The translations under genes were made by a program, and so were the position numbers. Below are positions 1 to 9,318 of a DNA stretch of 64,000 bases, piece by piece. The notes beneath the pieces are model-generated. The model was not told the DNA's origin and made no database searches. It worked only from the letters and a program-made list of their open reading frames with translations. Source of the stretch: Nitrospirota bacterium (GTDB lineage Bacteria > Nitrospirota > Nitrospiria > Nitrospirales > Nitrospiraceae); NCBI GenBank assembly GCA_963701855.1, contig CAVPBK010000014.1, forward strand, positions 1 to 64,000. Reading direction: 5' to 3'. Each line of letters starts with the position of its first letter. Position 1 is the first letter of the stretch.

Positions 1-307
1 CTTCAGACACGGATTGGTTTCCCCCGTTCGGACCAGGCCCGTTCGCACCTTCGCGCAAAGTCCTTCTACCAACTCCCTCTGTGCCCTGTCAAGAAACGCT
101 GAACGAGCCATGTGAAGGGACAGTCATGGTTCGATACCGTCATGAACACAGTGTGTCGTCGTCGAGGAAACTGCTGAATTGCCGGTCGTGGAAGCCGACA
201 TATCGTCTCGGAGCGTCGCTTCATGGCCTCAGAATTGATATTGACGCTCGCCGGCACTCTCGTGTAATTTCTCAATAAGCATCAGTCCGGTTCGCACTCA
301 TTGCCAT

Positions 308-1006
308 GTGCCTACAGAGCGCTTTTCCCAGAGTTCTCAGGGGAGTCTGGCCATGAAAGCTAAACGCATCGCACCGTTTAATCCCCAGACGTTCCTCAAG
401 CAGGTCGGCAGCGGCAAAACGACTCTGATGTCCATTAAGAAGCAGATTATCTTCTCGCAAGGGGATGCGTCGGATGCCGTGTTCTATATCCAGACCGGCA
501 AGATCAAGCTCTCGGTTGTGTCTCAACAAGGTAAAGAAGCTATCATTACAGTACTGGGGAAGGGCAGTTTTTTCGGAGAAGGGTGCCTCGCCGGGCAGCT
601 CGTCTGCATGGCCACGGCGATCACTATGGAAGACGCCACTCTCGTGCGCATTGAAAAAACCGCAATGATTCGTGTGCTCCACAACGAACCGGCCTTCTCC
701 GAGTTGTTCCTCGCGTATCTCCTGGGTCGCAACATTCGCATCCAAGAGGACTTGGTGGACCACCTCTTCAATTCCAGCGAGAAACGGCTGGCGCGGGTGC
801 TGCTATTAATGGCCCAATTCGGAAAAGAAGGCAAGCCGGAACCGGTCGTCTCGAAGGTCAGTCAGGAAATGCTGGCCGAGATGGTCGGCACCACGCGTTC
901 GCGCGTCAGTTTCTTCATGAACAAGTTCCGCAAACTGGGCTTCGTGTACTACAACGGTGGGTTGCACGTGCACAGTTCCCTCCTCAATATCGTCCTCCAC
1001 GACTAG
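308..1006 (+). CDS. Crp/Fnr family transcriptional regulator (paralogue 1); start may be ATG at 353
   Basis: cNMP-binding-like domain (IFSQGD...GSFFGEGCL) plus C-terminal HTH SQEMLAEMVGTTRSRVS. Confidence 0.92.
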   Translation: MPTERFSQSSQGSLAMKAKRIAPFNPQTFLKQVGSGKTTLMSIKKQIIFSQGDASDAVFYIQTGKIKLSVVSQQGKEAIITVLGKGSFFGEGCLAGQLVCMATAITMEDATLVRIEKTAMIRVLHNEPAFSELFLAYLLGRNIRIQEDLVDHLFNSSEKRLARVLLLMAQFGKEGKPEPVVSKVSQEMLAEMVGTTRSRVSFFMNKFRKLGFVYYNGGLHVHSSLLNIVLHD

Positions 1007-1080
1007 GCTTCCCATACCTAAGGGTTCGTTAATTTCGACCGGGCAAGCATGAATCGGCCTGCCATCTGGACCATGCAAAC

Positions 1081-1124
1081 TGAGCAATATTGACCAGACT
1101 GCCTTCCGTCTAGTTGGATATAGT
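1081..1124 (+). promoter_or_regulatory. Dyad TGAGCAATATTGACCA (1081-1096) plus -10 TATAGT (1119-1124); putative class II CRP-type promoter
   Basis: Motif recurs six times with constant spacing to a -10-like hexamer. Confidence 0.65.
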
Positions 1125-1253
1125 TGACGCGATATTTTGGGCGATCTGTACGAACAGGTCTGATTGAACAGATCTTCGCACCCCTGTCCTTGTCCCTAGC
1201 ACCGATTTGGCCCAGCGCCCTCAAGAGAACCACCGGCCGTGTGAGTCAAACCG

Positions 1254-1892
1254 ATGGCGACATTTAATCCACAGACCTTCTTCACCCAAGCCGGCAATGG
1301 CAAAACGACGCTGAAGGTCCCTAAAAAGCAGGTTCTCTTCTCTCAAGGGGATACGACGGATGCCGTGTTCTATGTCCAGGCGGGGAAAGTCAAGCTGATT
1401 GTGGTTTCTCCGCAGGGTAAAGAAGCTGTCATCGCGATACTGGAGCCCGGCAGCTTTTTCGGAGAAGAGTGTCTCGCCGGGCAGCCGGTGCATTTGGCCA
1501 CGGCGACTGTCGTCGATGACGCCCGTATCGTCCGCATCGACAAGCAGTCGATGCTCCGATTGCTCCAAGACGACCGCACCTTCTCCGCGCTGTTCCTCGC
1601 CTATATGCTGGCTCGGAACGTTCGCATCCAAGAGGACTTGGTGGATCAACTCTTCAATTCCAGTGAGAAGCGGCTGGCGCGGATTCTGCTGCTCATGGCC
1701 CATTTCGGAAAAGAAGGTAAGCCGGAAGTGGTCATTCCGAAGATCAGCCAGGAAACATTGGCCGAGATGATCGGCACCACACGCTCTCGCGTCAGTTTCT
1801 TCATGACTCGATTCAAAAAGATGGGTTTGATTCACTACGACAGCGGGTTACACGTCCACAGCTCCCTCTTCAATATCGTCCTCCACGACTAG
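1254..1892 (+). CDS. Crp/Fnr family transcriptional regulator (paralogue 2)
   Basis: Same architecture as 308-1006; HTH SQETLAEMIGTTRSRVS. Confidence 0.92.
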   Translation: MATFNPQTFFTQAGNGKTTLKVPKKQVLFSQGDTTDAVFYVQAGKVKLIVVSPQGKEAVIAILEPGSFFGEECLAGQPVHLATATVVDDARIVRIDKQSMLRLLQDDRTFSALFLAYMLARNVRIQEDLVDQLFNSSEKRLARILLLMAHFGKEGKPEVVIPKISQETLAEMIGTTRSRVSFFMTRFKKMGLIHYDSGLHVHSSLFNIVLHD

Positions 1893-1964
1893 GTTCTCTT
1901 CTTCAGGCTGAATCTTCGCGCAGGGACAAGCGCCCTGTGGCCTGCCACATAATATTTTCAAAAC

Positions 1965-2007
1965 TGAGCAATTGTGGGCAAGTAACACGCAGCCTTCTTG
2001 TCATACT
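1965..2007 (+). promoter_or_regulatory. Degenerate dyad TGAGCAATTGTGGGCA plus TG-n-CATACT -10
   Basis: Same left half-site and spacing as the other copies. Confidence 0.5.
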
Positions 2008-2034
2008 GCAGCGAACCTTTTAATGGAGACGACT

Positions 2035-2278
2035 ATGACACAACAAGCAGCCGACCATCGCAAGAAAGCTGAGGAGCATCATGAACAGACCGCTCATCAG
2101 CATAAGCAGACTCGACGGGCTATGAGGCGAACGAACGGGAAAAGGGACGCATCATGCCCACCGCGCGGATGGCCACAGTCTACAGGCGATCAATCATGGG
2201 ACTGACGAAGAAAAGTCCAATGTCGCACAGCATGGGAATAAGGAGCGGAGCCATGAAAAACGGAGCATATGGCTATAG
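2035..2278 (+). pseudogene. Small His-rich helical protein broken by two frameshifts
   Basis: GGAG RBS; MTQQAADHRKKAEEHHEQTAHQHK, then GYEANEREKG and HHAHRADGHSLQAINHG...HGNK in other frames. Confidence 0.5.
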
Positions 2279-2555
2279 TGACATCCCGTTCGCTCGGATC
2301 ACTCAGGCAGCCTTGTCCGCTTCGAGGATAGAGACGCCACTGCTCCCTGTCTGTTGTCTCTGCCGACTGATTCGAGACGAGATCGGAGCTTCGCCTGATA
2401 GTGCGCGTTGGGTCACGCAGCGAACCTATCGAAAAACGCATGGCGTCAATCCGGCCGATTGCCTTCAGACTCACACCTACTGTCCGGGGTGTTTCACGCA
2501 GGTGATGGAGACAATCAGGGCAGCCCAGGTCACGGAGACACTGTTGGTCGCCTAA
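2253..2555 (+). CDS. Small Cys-rich putative metal-binding protein
   Basis: LLPVCCLCRLIRDE...THTYCPGCF motif; GGAG upstream of ATG 2253. Confidence 0.6.
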   Translation: MKNGAYGYSDIPFARITQAALSASRIETPLLPVCCLCRLIRDEIGASPDSARWVTQRTYRKTHGVNPADCLQTHTYCPGCFTQVMETIRAAQVTETLLVA

Positions 2556-2649
2556 CGAGAGGAGAGGATAGGTGCCGTTCTGATTCTTGTGGTTCACGGT
2601 CCGGCGCTCCTGGCAACCCTGTATCATCATCCGACCTGGAGGAACGTGC

Positions 2650-2922
2650 ATGGCTACAGTCGAATCACTCATATGTGCCTTCGATATTCGAAATCCTTCG
2701 AATTCCTTAAGCATAGCTAGTGCCAAGCCTAGCCAAGAGATTCGAGTGCTCGTGTGTCCCGAAGACGATGCCACCGCGAAACTGATGGAAGCTTTGGGTA
2801 CCCTCAGCAATGACGGGAAGTTGTTCTCCTGTCGTGGTCACAAGATAAGATGGCACGCAGCAGACCCACGACGTGTGCTACAGAGATCTCTTGAAGGCTC
2901 TCTCGGACATCGGCTAAATTGA
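2650..2922 (+). CDS. Hypothetical protein
   Basis: GGAGGA RBS before ATG; no recognisable motif. Confidence 0.3.
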   Translation: MATVESLICAFDIRNPSNSLSIASAKPSQEIRVLVCPEDDATAKLMEALGTLSNDGKLFSCRGHKIRWHAADPRRVLQRSLEGSLGHRLN

Positions 2923-3137
2923 ACGTTCTACAAGCTCGAGACTTCGCCATACAGGGTGCCAGACGCAAGGGCCTCTGGGCGAAGCAAGACATCTACGACA
3001 TCCTCACCGAGTTTCTCCGCAAAAATTCCCCGCGCCATTGTTCCTGAAACGGCTTTCCCTGACCCGTATAAAAGGCACGAACCGCCTAGGTTAGCCCAAG
3101 CGGCTGCCGCCTGAATGATTCGCCGATATTCACGTTC

Positions 3138-3180
3138 TGAGCAATTTTGATCAGATACCCAAGAAGCGATCGCGTATCAT
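3138..3180 (+). promoter_or_regulatory. Dyad TGAGCAATTTTGATCA (within near-palindrome TCTGA-N10-TCAGA) plus -10 TATCAT
   Basis: Most symmetric copy; centre lies 41.5 bp upstream of ATG 3187. Confidence 0.65.
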
Positions 3181-3186
3181 CCTGAC

Positions 3187-3849
3187 ATGCTCCACGAGTT
3201 TTTGACTTCGAATCGTACAGAGTTGATCGCGCGTTGCAGAAACAAGGTGGCGCGAAGGCTCTCGCCCACCGAGATTCCCATGGCGCTCGATCACGGCGTC
3301 CCGCTATTCCTACAGCAGCTCGTCGAGACCCTTCGTCTCGAGCAACGAGAACCTCCCGGTGCTACTGTCGAACCAGCGCCGTCGCCGGCTGCTACGGAGA
3401 TCGGTCGCGCCGCGACCGTGCACGGCGCTGAGTTGCTACGCCTCGGATACACCGTTGACCAGGTCGTTCACGATTACGGAGATGTGTGCCAAGCCGTCAC
3501 CGAGTTAGCCGGTGAACACAATGCGCGCATCTCCACAGACGAGTTTCGCACGCTCAACCGGTGCCTCGACAACGCGATTGCCGACGCCGTCACGTCCTTT
3601 GGGCATGCCCGCCAGGTCTTAATCGATGACCAAGCGGAAACCTTGCAACAACGCCTGGATTATTATGCGCTCGAGCATCGACGGCTCGTCGATATCGCTC
3701 TCCAGTCATATGCCGTGATCAAGAGTGGCCAAGTAGGAGCGACTGGAGCAACCGGCACATTGCTGTTTCAAACCTTAGAGGATCTGCGCTCCCTCACTGA
3801 TCGGACATTGCCTGAGATTCGCCGGGCCTACGAAGTGGCGACCCCATGA
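3187..3849 (+). CDS. Histidine-kinase N-terminal sensor-like protein (RsbRD_N-like) without HATPase domain
   Basis: HGAELLRLGYTVDQVVHDYGDVCQAVTELA pattern; no N/G boxes. Confidence 0.6.
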   Translation: MLHEFLTSNRTELIARCRNKVARRLSPTEIPMALDHGVPLFLQQLVETLRLEQREPPGATVEPAPSPAATEIGRAATVHGAELLRLGYTVDQVVHDYGDVCQAVTELAGEHNARISTDEFRTLNRCLDNAIADAVTSFGHARQVLIDDQAETLQQRLDYYALEHRRLVDIALQSYAVIKSGQVGATGATGTLLFQTLEDLRSLTDRTLPEIRRAYEVATP

Positions 3850-4115
3850 CGTCGAGAGCTTCATCCGAAGTGTTGTACTGCTTCAGTTGACTTTCCGACA
3901 GTGTATTGAGCTCTGCAATCCGTCAATCTTGCCGAGAAGCCAGCCCTCTTCGAGTCTCCATTTCTCAAGAGACAACCAGGTACACGAGCCAGGTATTCTA
4001 TGGAGGGGGCTCCGGCTGGCTTCCGCTCCGATGGGTGTTGAATAGAGTCAGGGGATTTCCTTCATCTATCTCGCCCAGCGACCTCTCTACAATGTAAGTG
4101 AGGCGCCATTCAAAC

Positions 4116-4159
4116 TGAGCAATATTGACCAGATTGCCTTCCGTCTAGTTGGGTATAGT
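4116..4159 (+). promoter_or_regulatory. Dyad TGAGCAATATTGACCA plus -10 TATAGT
   Basis: Identical dyad to 1081-1096. Confidence 0.65.
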
Positions 4160-4272
4160 TGATACCTCATTTTGTGCGTTGGGTACGAACAGGTCTGATT
4201 GAACAGATCTGTGTACCTTCCGTTTGTCTCTAGCACTAACTTGGCCCAACGCTCCCGAGAGAAGCGCTGGCC

Positions 4273-4926
4273 GTGGGAGTTAAACCGATGCTGACGTTTA
4301 ATCCGCAAACCTACTTCAATCAAGTCGGCAATGGCAAAACGACGCTGAAGTGCACGAAGAAGCAGATTCTCTTTTCGCAAGGGGATATGGCGGATGCCGT
4401 GTTCTATCTTCAGGTGGGCAAAGTCAAATTGAGCGTGGTCTCGCCGCACGGGAAAGAAGCCGTCATCGTGATCCTGGATCCAGGCAGTTTTTTCGGGGAA
4501 GGGTGTCTCGCCGGGCAATTGATTCAGTTGGCTACGGCGACTACCGTCGATGCGGCTCATGTCGTCCGTATCGACAAACCGTCGATGCTCCGACTGCTTC
4601 AGGAAGACCGCACCTTCTCGGCGCTGTTCCTTACCTATATGCTGGCTCGGAACGTTCGCATCCAAGAGGACTTGGTAGATCAACTCTTCAATTCCAGCGA
4701 GAAGCGGCTGGCGCGGGTCCTGCTGTTAATGGCTCAGTTCGGGAAGGAAGGTAAGCAGGAAGGGGTCATTCCGAAGATCAGCCAGGAAACACTCGCTGAG
4801 ATGATTGGAACCACACGCTCCCGCGTCAGTTTCTTCATGACTCGATTCAAAAAGATGGGCTTGATTCACTACGATGACGGGCTACACGTCCATAGCTCCC
4901 TCCTCAATATCGTCCTCCACGACTGA
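4273..4926 (+). CDS. Crp/Fnr family transcriptional regulator (paralogue 3); start may be ATG 4288
   Basis: Near copy of 1254-1892. Confidence 0.92.
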   Translation: MGVKPMLTFNPQTYFNQVGNGKTTLKCTKKQILFSQGDMADAVFYLQVGKVKLSVVSPHGKEAVIVILDPGSFFGEGCLAGQLIQLATATTVDAAHVVRIDKPSMLRLLQEDRTFSALFLTYMLARNVRIQEDLVDQLFNSSEKRLARVLLLMAQFGKEGKQEGVIPKISQETLAEMIGTTRSRVSFFMTRFKKMGLIHYDDGLHVHSSLLNIVLHD

Positions 4927-4954
4927 CGTCTGCGGGCTCGCGGCCATCTTTCGG

Positions 4955-5668
4955 TTATTTCAATTTTCCCGATGTGCTTCTGGATTTCCTAGTAGTCTTT
5001 GGCTCGTCCCTCTCGAAGCTCCCACGCTGCACTGCATAGCGAATCAGGTCTTCGTGGGTGCTCAGGCCCAACTTCTTCATACAGGTGGCTCGATTGAATT
5101 CGACCTTGCGTGAACTGATCTCGAGTCGGATCGCAATATCTGAGATGCTCTCCCCCTGCACGAGTAGCCGCAGTATCTCTCGCTCCCGGACGGTCAGTTT
5201 ATCCTGAAGCTCCACCGAACCAGGTTGCGTTCCTTGCAGCATTGTTCCCATAGAAGAAAATGAGCCAATGGAAGCCTCGGATATTCCCGGACTTATGTAA
5301 CGCCGACCGGCGACGACTTCGCGAATGGCTTGGAAGAGTTCGGCTCCGCACGACTCTTTCAGGACATAGCCAGCCACACCATTATTGAACGCGGTCAATA
5401 CATACGCCTGATCTCCGTACATCGAAAGAATGATCACCTGGGTATTTAATTTCAGGCGCGAGAGTTTTTGTGCGATGGCGAGGCCATCCAGGCCGGGCAT
5501 CATGAGGTCGGTGATTAACACCGAAGGCTTCCGGTGCGTGACCATTTTAACGGCATCGAGCCCGTTAGACGCTTCGCCTGTAATGACAACCTTTGGGTCC
5601 GATTCCAGTAAAGCGCGCAGCCCTTGCCTCACGACAACATGATCGTCCGCCAGCACGACACTCACCAT
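4955..5668 (-). CDS. NarL/FixJ family response regulator (REC + LuxR HTH)
   Basis: LADDH, TDLMMPGLDG, GYVLK, LTVREREIL HTH. Confidence 0.92.
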   Translation of the reverse strand: MVSVVLADDHVVVRQGLRALLESDPKVVITGEASNGLDAVKMVTHRKPSVLITDLMMPGLDGLAIAQKLSRLKLNTQVIILSMYGDQAYVLTAFNNGVAGYVLKESCGAELFQAIREVVAGRRYISPGISEASIGSFSSMGTMLQGTQPGSVELQDKLTVREREILRLLVQGESISDIAIRLEISSRKVEFNRATCMKKLGLSTHEDLIRYAVQRGSFERDEPKTTRKSRSTSGKLK

Positions 5669-5846
5669 GACGCTTTCCTCACAGAGTCTGGGTCAGACTT
5701 CTTCTGGCAATTGACGAAGCGGCTGAGGCGCCCGGGTTCAGCGGGAAGGCAACGTGAACGCTGAGTGGCGGGTCAGTTTGCCTTCAGCGAGGCCCCCGCA
5801 CGTCAATTTCTAATTGGAATCATTACCTCACGCACCCAATGAAAGA

Positions 5847-5890
5847 TGCTCAATTTTGACCACGTTTCGATTGGTGGTAAATGCTAATGT
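5847..5890 (+). promoter_or_regulatory. Dyad variant TGCTCAATTTTGACCA plus TG-n-TAATGT facing kaiC
   Basis: 14/16 match to the 8901 copy, same spacing to -10. Confidence 0.5.
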
Positions 5891-6101
5891 CGCCATTCGA
5901 AACCGACTCACTGCCGGAAGTTGCCGGCAGGCAGGGTTTGCCAGCCGCGGGGCTCGTCAGGTGGCTCTGAACTATGCGCTGATCTGAAGCGTCCGTGACA
6001 TGGTGCTTGCTTGGATATGGCAGAGCGTCAAATGCGTAATCTTCCACACGAGCTCACTGTGACTGTTTAAGGGTGAATCGTAGAATAAAGGAGGGCCTGC
6101 G

Positions 6102-7559
6102 GTGGCCACATCAACACGAAGGGCGAAACACAAAGATCCGGCAGGACAGCAAGAGCGAAGGAAAGCGATCAAGAAAGTTCCAACCGGCATTGTAGGGCTG
6201 GATGAGGTGTTACGCGGTGGCCTCTCTGTCGGACGCATGACGCTTTTCAGTGGCGGTGCCGGGAGCGGAAAAAGCCTGATGGCCTTGCAGTTCCTTCTGC
6301 ACAGCGCCGGCGCCGGCGAGCCGGGCATTCTGGTGCTGTTCGAAGAACGTGCCGCTGCCGTGCGTCAAAACGCCAGGAGCCTGGGGTGGGACCTGGCGAC
6401 GTTGGAGCGGAAGAAATTGCTGTTCCTGATAGATGCGCGTGTGAACCCGGAACTGGTGATCTCCGGCGATTTCTCCGTCAAAGGGTTGTTGGCTATTCTG
6501 GATCATCAAGCCAAGGCGATGGGAGCCCAGCGCCTTGTGTTTGACGCCGTGGACACGCTCCTGCATTTGTATGATAGCCCATCGCGCGAGCGCCAAGAGT
6601 TATATGCGATGCACGAATGGCTATTGAACCGAGAATTGACCGCGATCATGACGGTCAAAACTGTCCAGAAGGATGAGTCTCCCTCCCGGTACGCGTTTTT
6701 GGACTTCATGGCGGATTGTGTTATTCACGTCGACCAGCGCGTTACGGGTCAGATCACCACGCGCCGATTGAGAGTGGTCAAGTATCGTGGTTCGGGATAT
6801 GGCCGCAATGAATATCCCTTCATCATCAGTGAGAACGGCATCAACGTCATCCCGATTACCAGTAACGTGTTGCAGCACCGTTCTCCCGGTTCCCATGCGC
6901 CCAGCGGTCAAGCTCAGCTGGACGGCGTGCTTGGAGGCGGATACAAACGAGGGACCGGCATTTTGTTCGCGGGGAGTCCCGGCGCAGGGAAGACCACACT
7001 GGCTTGCGTGTTCGCCCAGGCTGCCTGCCTGCGCGGCGAGCGAGTGCTGTATCTCAATTTCGAGGAGTCACCGGAATCGATGGTCAGCAACATGCTGAGC
7101 CCGGGGATTGTCCTCGCGCCTCTGATCAAGACTGGAAGGTTGGTGATTCAGTCCTACTTGCCGGAAGCGATGGGATCGGAGGAACACTTGTTTCATGCCC
7201 TGAACACTCTGGATGAGGTTCGCCCCCAACACGTGATCGTGGACGCCATTTCCGCATGCAATCGCATGGGCTCGGAGCAGGCGGCCTTTGAATACCTGAT
7301 GCGGGTGCTGAATGCCTGTAAAGAGCGCGGGATTACCTGTTTCTATCTCAACCAGGCTATCGGCCCTGATGTCATCGCGGAGATCAGCGGGATCGGCATT
7401 TCGTCTATCATCGATACCGTGGTCGTTCTCTCCCAACTCTCGATCGGCGGCTCGATGAAACGCCAGTTGATCGTCATGAAATCAAGAGGCTCGAAGCATT
7501 CTGATCAATTCCATGAATACCGAATCACCGATCGAGGGATCGATCTGGTGAAGGCCTAG
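6102..7559 (+). CDS. kaiC: KaiC-like double RecA-type ATPase
   Basis: Two Walker A motifs (GGAGSGKS, GSPGAGKT), FEE pairs, KYRGS/KSRGS, GISSIIDT phosphosite region; AAAGGAGG RBS. Confidence 0.9.
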   Translation: MATSTRRAKHKDPAGQQERRKAIKKVPTGIVGLDEVLRGGLSVGRMTLFSGGAGSGKSLMALQFLLHSAGAGEPGILVLFEERAAAVRQNARSLGWDLATLERKKLLFLIDARVNPELVISGDFSVKGLLAILDHQAKAMGAQRLVFDAVDTLLHLYDSPSRERQELYAMHEWLLNRELTAIMTVKTVQKDESPSRYAFLDFMADCVIHVDQRVTGQITTRRLRVVKYRGSGYGRNEYPFIISENGINVIPITSNVLQHRSPGSHAPSGQAQLDGVLGGGYKRGTGILFAGSPGAGKTTLACVFAQAACLRGERVLYLNFEESPESMVSNMLSPGIVLAPLIKTGRLVIQSYLPEAMGSEEHLFHALNTLDEVRPQHVIVDAISACNRMGSEQAAFEYLMRVLNACKERGITCFYLNQAIGPDVIAEISGIGISSIIDTVVVLSQLSIGGSMKRQLIVMKSRGSKHSDQFHEYRITDRGIDLVKA

Positions 7560-7619
7560 TTCGCTCGATACATATGAGCAGATCTCTTCTCTGTCGGAAT
7601 ACGGGAGAAATTTACGCTA

Positions 7620-7949
7620 ATGAATAACGGTGGCAGGCGCGCGGGGAGGGGAGCCGCAGTGGCAGGAGGTAAGGCCTATGCTTTCCGACTCTTCGTGGCT
7701 GGCAATGGGTCGAACTCCACTCAAGCTACGGGAAATTTGGCTCGGCTATGCGAGGAGTACCTCAAGGGACGCTACCAGATCCACATCGTGGACGTGTTGA
7801 AAGACCCCGCGCTCGCTCTCAAACATAACATATTGTTGACGCCCATGTTGATCATGCTCAAGCCCCGCCCTGGGGTTTCCGTGCTGGGCAACCTCAACGA
7901 TACGAAAATAGTCCTTGCCACGCTCCGACTGATCGGCGACGCGCGATGA
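7620..7949 (+). CDS. kaiB: KaiB family protein
   Basis: FRLFVAG...NS..A..NL..LCE.YL.GRY.I.IVDV...P.LA....ILLTP.L...LGNL. Confidence 0.88.
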   Translation: MNNGGRRAGRGAAVAGGKAYAFRLFVAGNGSNSTQATGNLARLCEEYLKGRYQIHIVDVLKDPALALKHNILLTPMLIMLKPRPGVSVLGNLNDTKIVLATLRLIGDAR

Positions 7950-8767
7950 GTCATCGGAAGCCACCAGTCCGAAGAATGAAGGCCAGGATGGATGAGGCCG
8001 AGGCGCTCGTCCACGCGCTCAGGACCCACCAGGTGGACGCGATTGTCGGTGAGCGCCACGTCATGGTTGTGCGTTTGAAGCAGGCGGAAGAGCAGCTTGA
8101 GCATTCGCGCAATGAGTTGCGGGCCCTCGCGGCAAACTTGCAGTTCCTGCGCGAGAGTGAACGGACCGCGATTGCGCGCGAGCTTCACGATGAGTTCGGC
8201 CAGACACTGACATGCCTGCAGCTGGGATTATCCTGGATCGTCCAAAGGGTGATGCCACAGCAACGGTCGATACAGGCGAAAGCCAGATCGCTATCCACGC
8301 TGGTCACGACCATGATCCGATCGGTGAAACGAATCGCGGTCGAGTTGCGGGCGGGCGTGTTGGACGAGCTGGGCCTGGTGAAGACCTTGCAATCGTTGGC
8401 GCGGGAATTCGAGGAACATACGGGAATCCGGTGCCGGTTTGAGACGAATCTTGGGAAGGCCAAGTTCGATCGCGTCGGAAGCGTCGCCCTGTTCCGGATC
8501 ACTCAGGCAGCGCTCACGAATGTGGCCCGGCATGCTCAGGCTTCCACAGCCACGATTGCCTTAATGAAACAGGGCGACGATCTGATGTTGAGTGTGAAAG
8601 ACGACGGGAAGGGAATTACCAAGAAGGCGATCCAAAGCCATAATTCTCTTGGCATTATCGGCATGCGAGAACGCGCCATCGCGCTCGACGGAACGCTGAC
8701 TCTCCGGAGATCAAAAGAGAAGGGGGCCACATTGACGATACGAATTCCTCTGATCCGGATTCTCTAA
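7946..8767 (+). CDS. Cytoplasmic HisKA_3 (NarX/UhpB-type) histidine kinase
   Basis: IARELHDEFGQ H-box, NVARHA, DDGKGI, LGIIGMRERA; ATGA overlap with kaiB. Confidence 0.9.
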   Translation: MSHRKPPVRRMKARMDEAEALVHALRTHQVDAIVGERHVMVVRLKQAEEQLEHSRNELRALAANLQFLRESERTAIARELHDEFGQTLTCLQLGLSWIVQRVMPQQRSIQAKARSLSTLVTTMIRSVKRIAVELRAGVLDELGLVKTLQSLAREFEEHTGIRCRFETNLGKAKFDRVGSVALFRITQAALTNVARHAQASTATIALMKQGDDLMLSVKDDGKGITKKAIQSHNSLGIIGMRERAIALDGTLTLRRSKEKGATLTIRIPLIRIL

Positions 8768-8900
8768 CGGTTATACGGCGGTGTTTTTCTGCATCGACTC
8801 AAGGATCCCTGCGTCCTTCGCGACTAGGTTCCCCTTCGTGATACGTCGTCGATTTCAAGCGGGGCAAGTGTGAAATTGGCTGTCGCTACATCCTTCAACC

Positions 8901-8944
8901 TGAGCAATTTTGACCAGACTCCCTTCTGTCTTGTTGGATAGAGT
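8901..8944 (+). promoter_or_regulatory. Dyad TGAGCAATTTTGACCA plus TAGAGT; partial third copy of the Crp-gene promoter
   Basis: About 60 bp similar to 1080-1140 and 4115-4175. Confidence 0.55.
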
Positions 8945-9318
8945 TGACGGAGGATTTTGCGCGGCTGGATTGATCGCTAGCGTTTCTCATTGTATCGCAC
9001 CTCCGATAGGTCAGCTATACTGTTCAAACTCCCCCTCGTGCCGAACCACGGCGAACGAGAAATTCTGGGCTTTGACGGCCTGGTGTGAATCTGGTGCTGA
9101 GCAGGTTTCGCCAGGACCAACTGCCCAACGGAGCGGTGCAGTCGCTGCTCATTCCCGTTTACTCGCTGACGATCGAGCTTCTGTGTCGTATCGGACTTCG
9201 ACACACACGTAAGTTCTGAGAATTCGCCTCGGACCGAGCGTTGCTCTCAGCAACAAGTACCGAAGAGAGCCATCCACACCGCCATCTTGGGTGCAAACCA
9301 GTTCGCGATCCCTCGCCT

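Larger units (their letters stand above)
1077..1892 (+). repeat. Direct repeat unit (promoter, leader and Crp gene), second copy at about 4111-4926
   Basis: Non-coding upstream DNA and CDS are visibly very similar between the copies. Confidence 0.85.

Noticed and set aside
1081..8916. Repeated 16-mer as a CRISPR array
   Set aside because: Copies are kilobases apart and irregular; no cas genes. No CRISPR array, rRNA or tRNA was recognised anywhere in the window.
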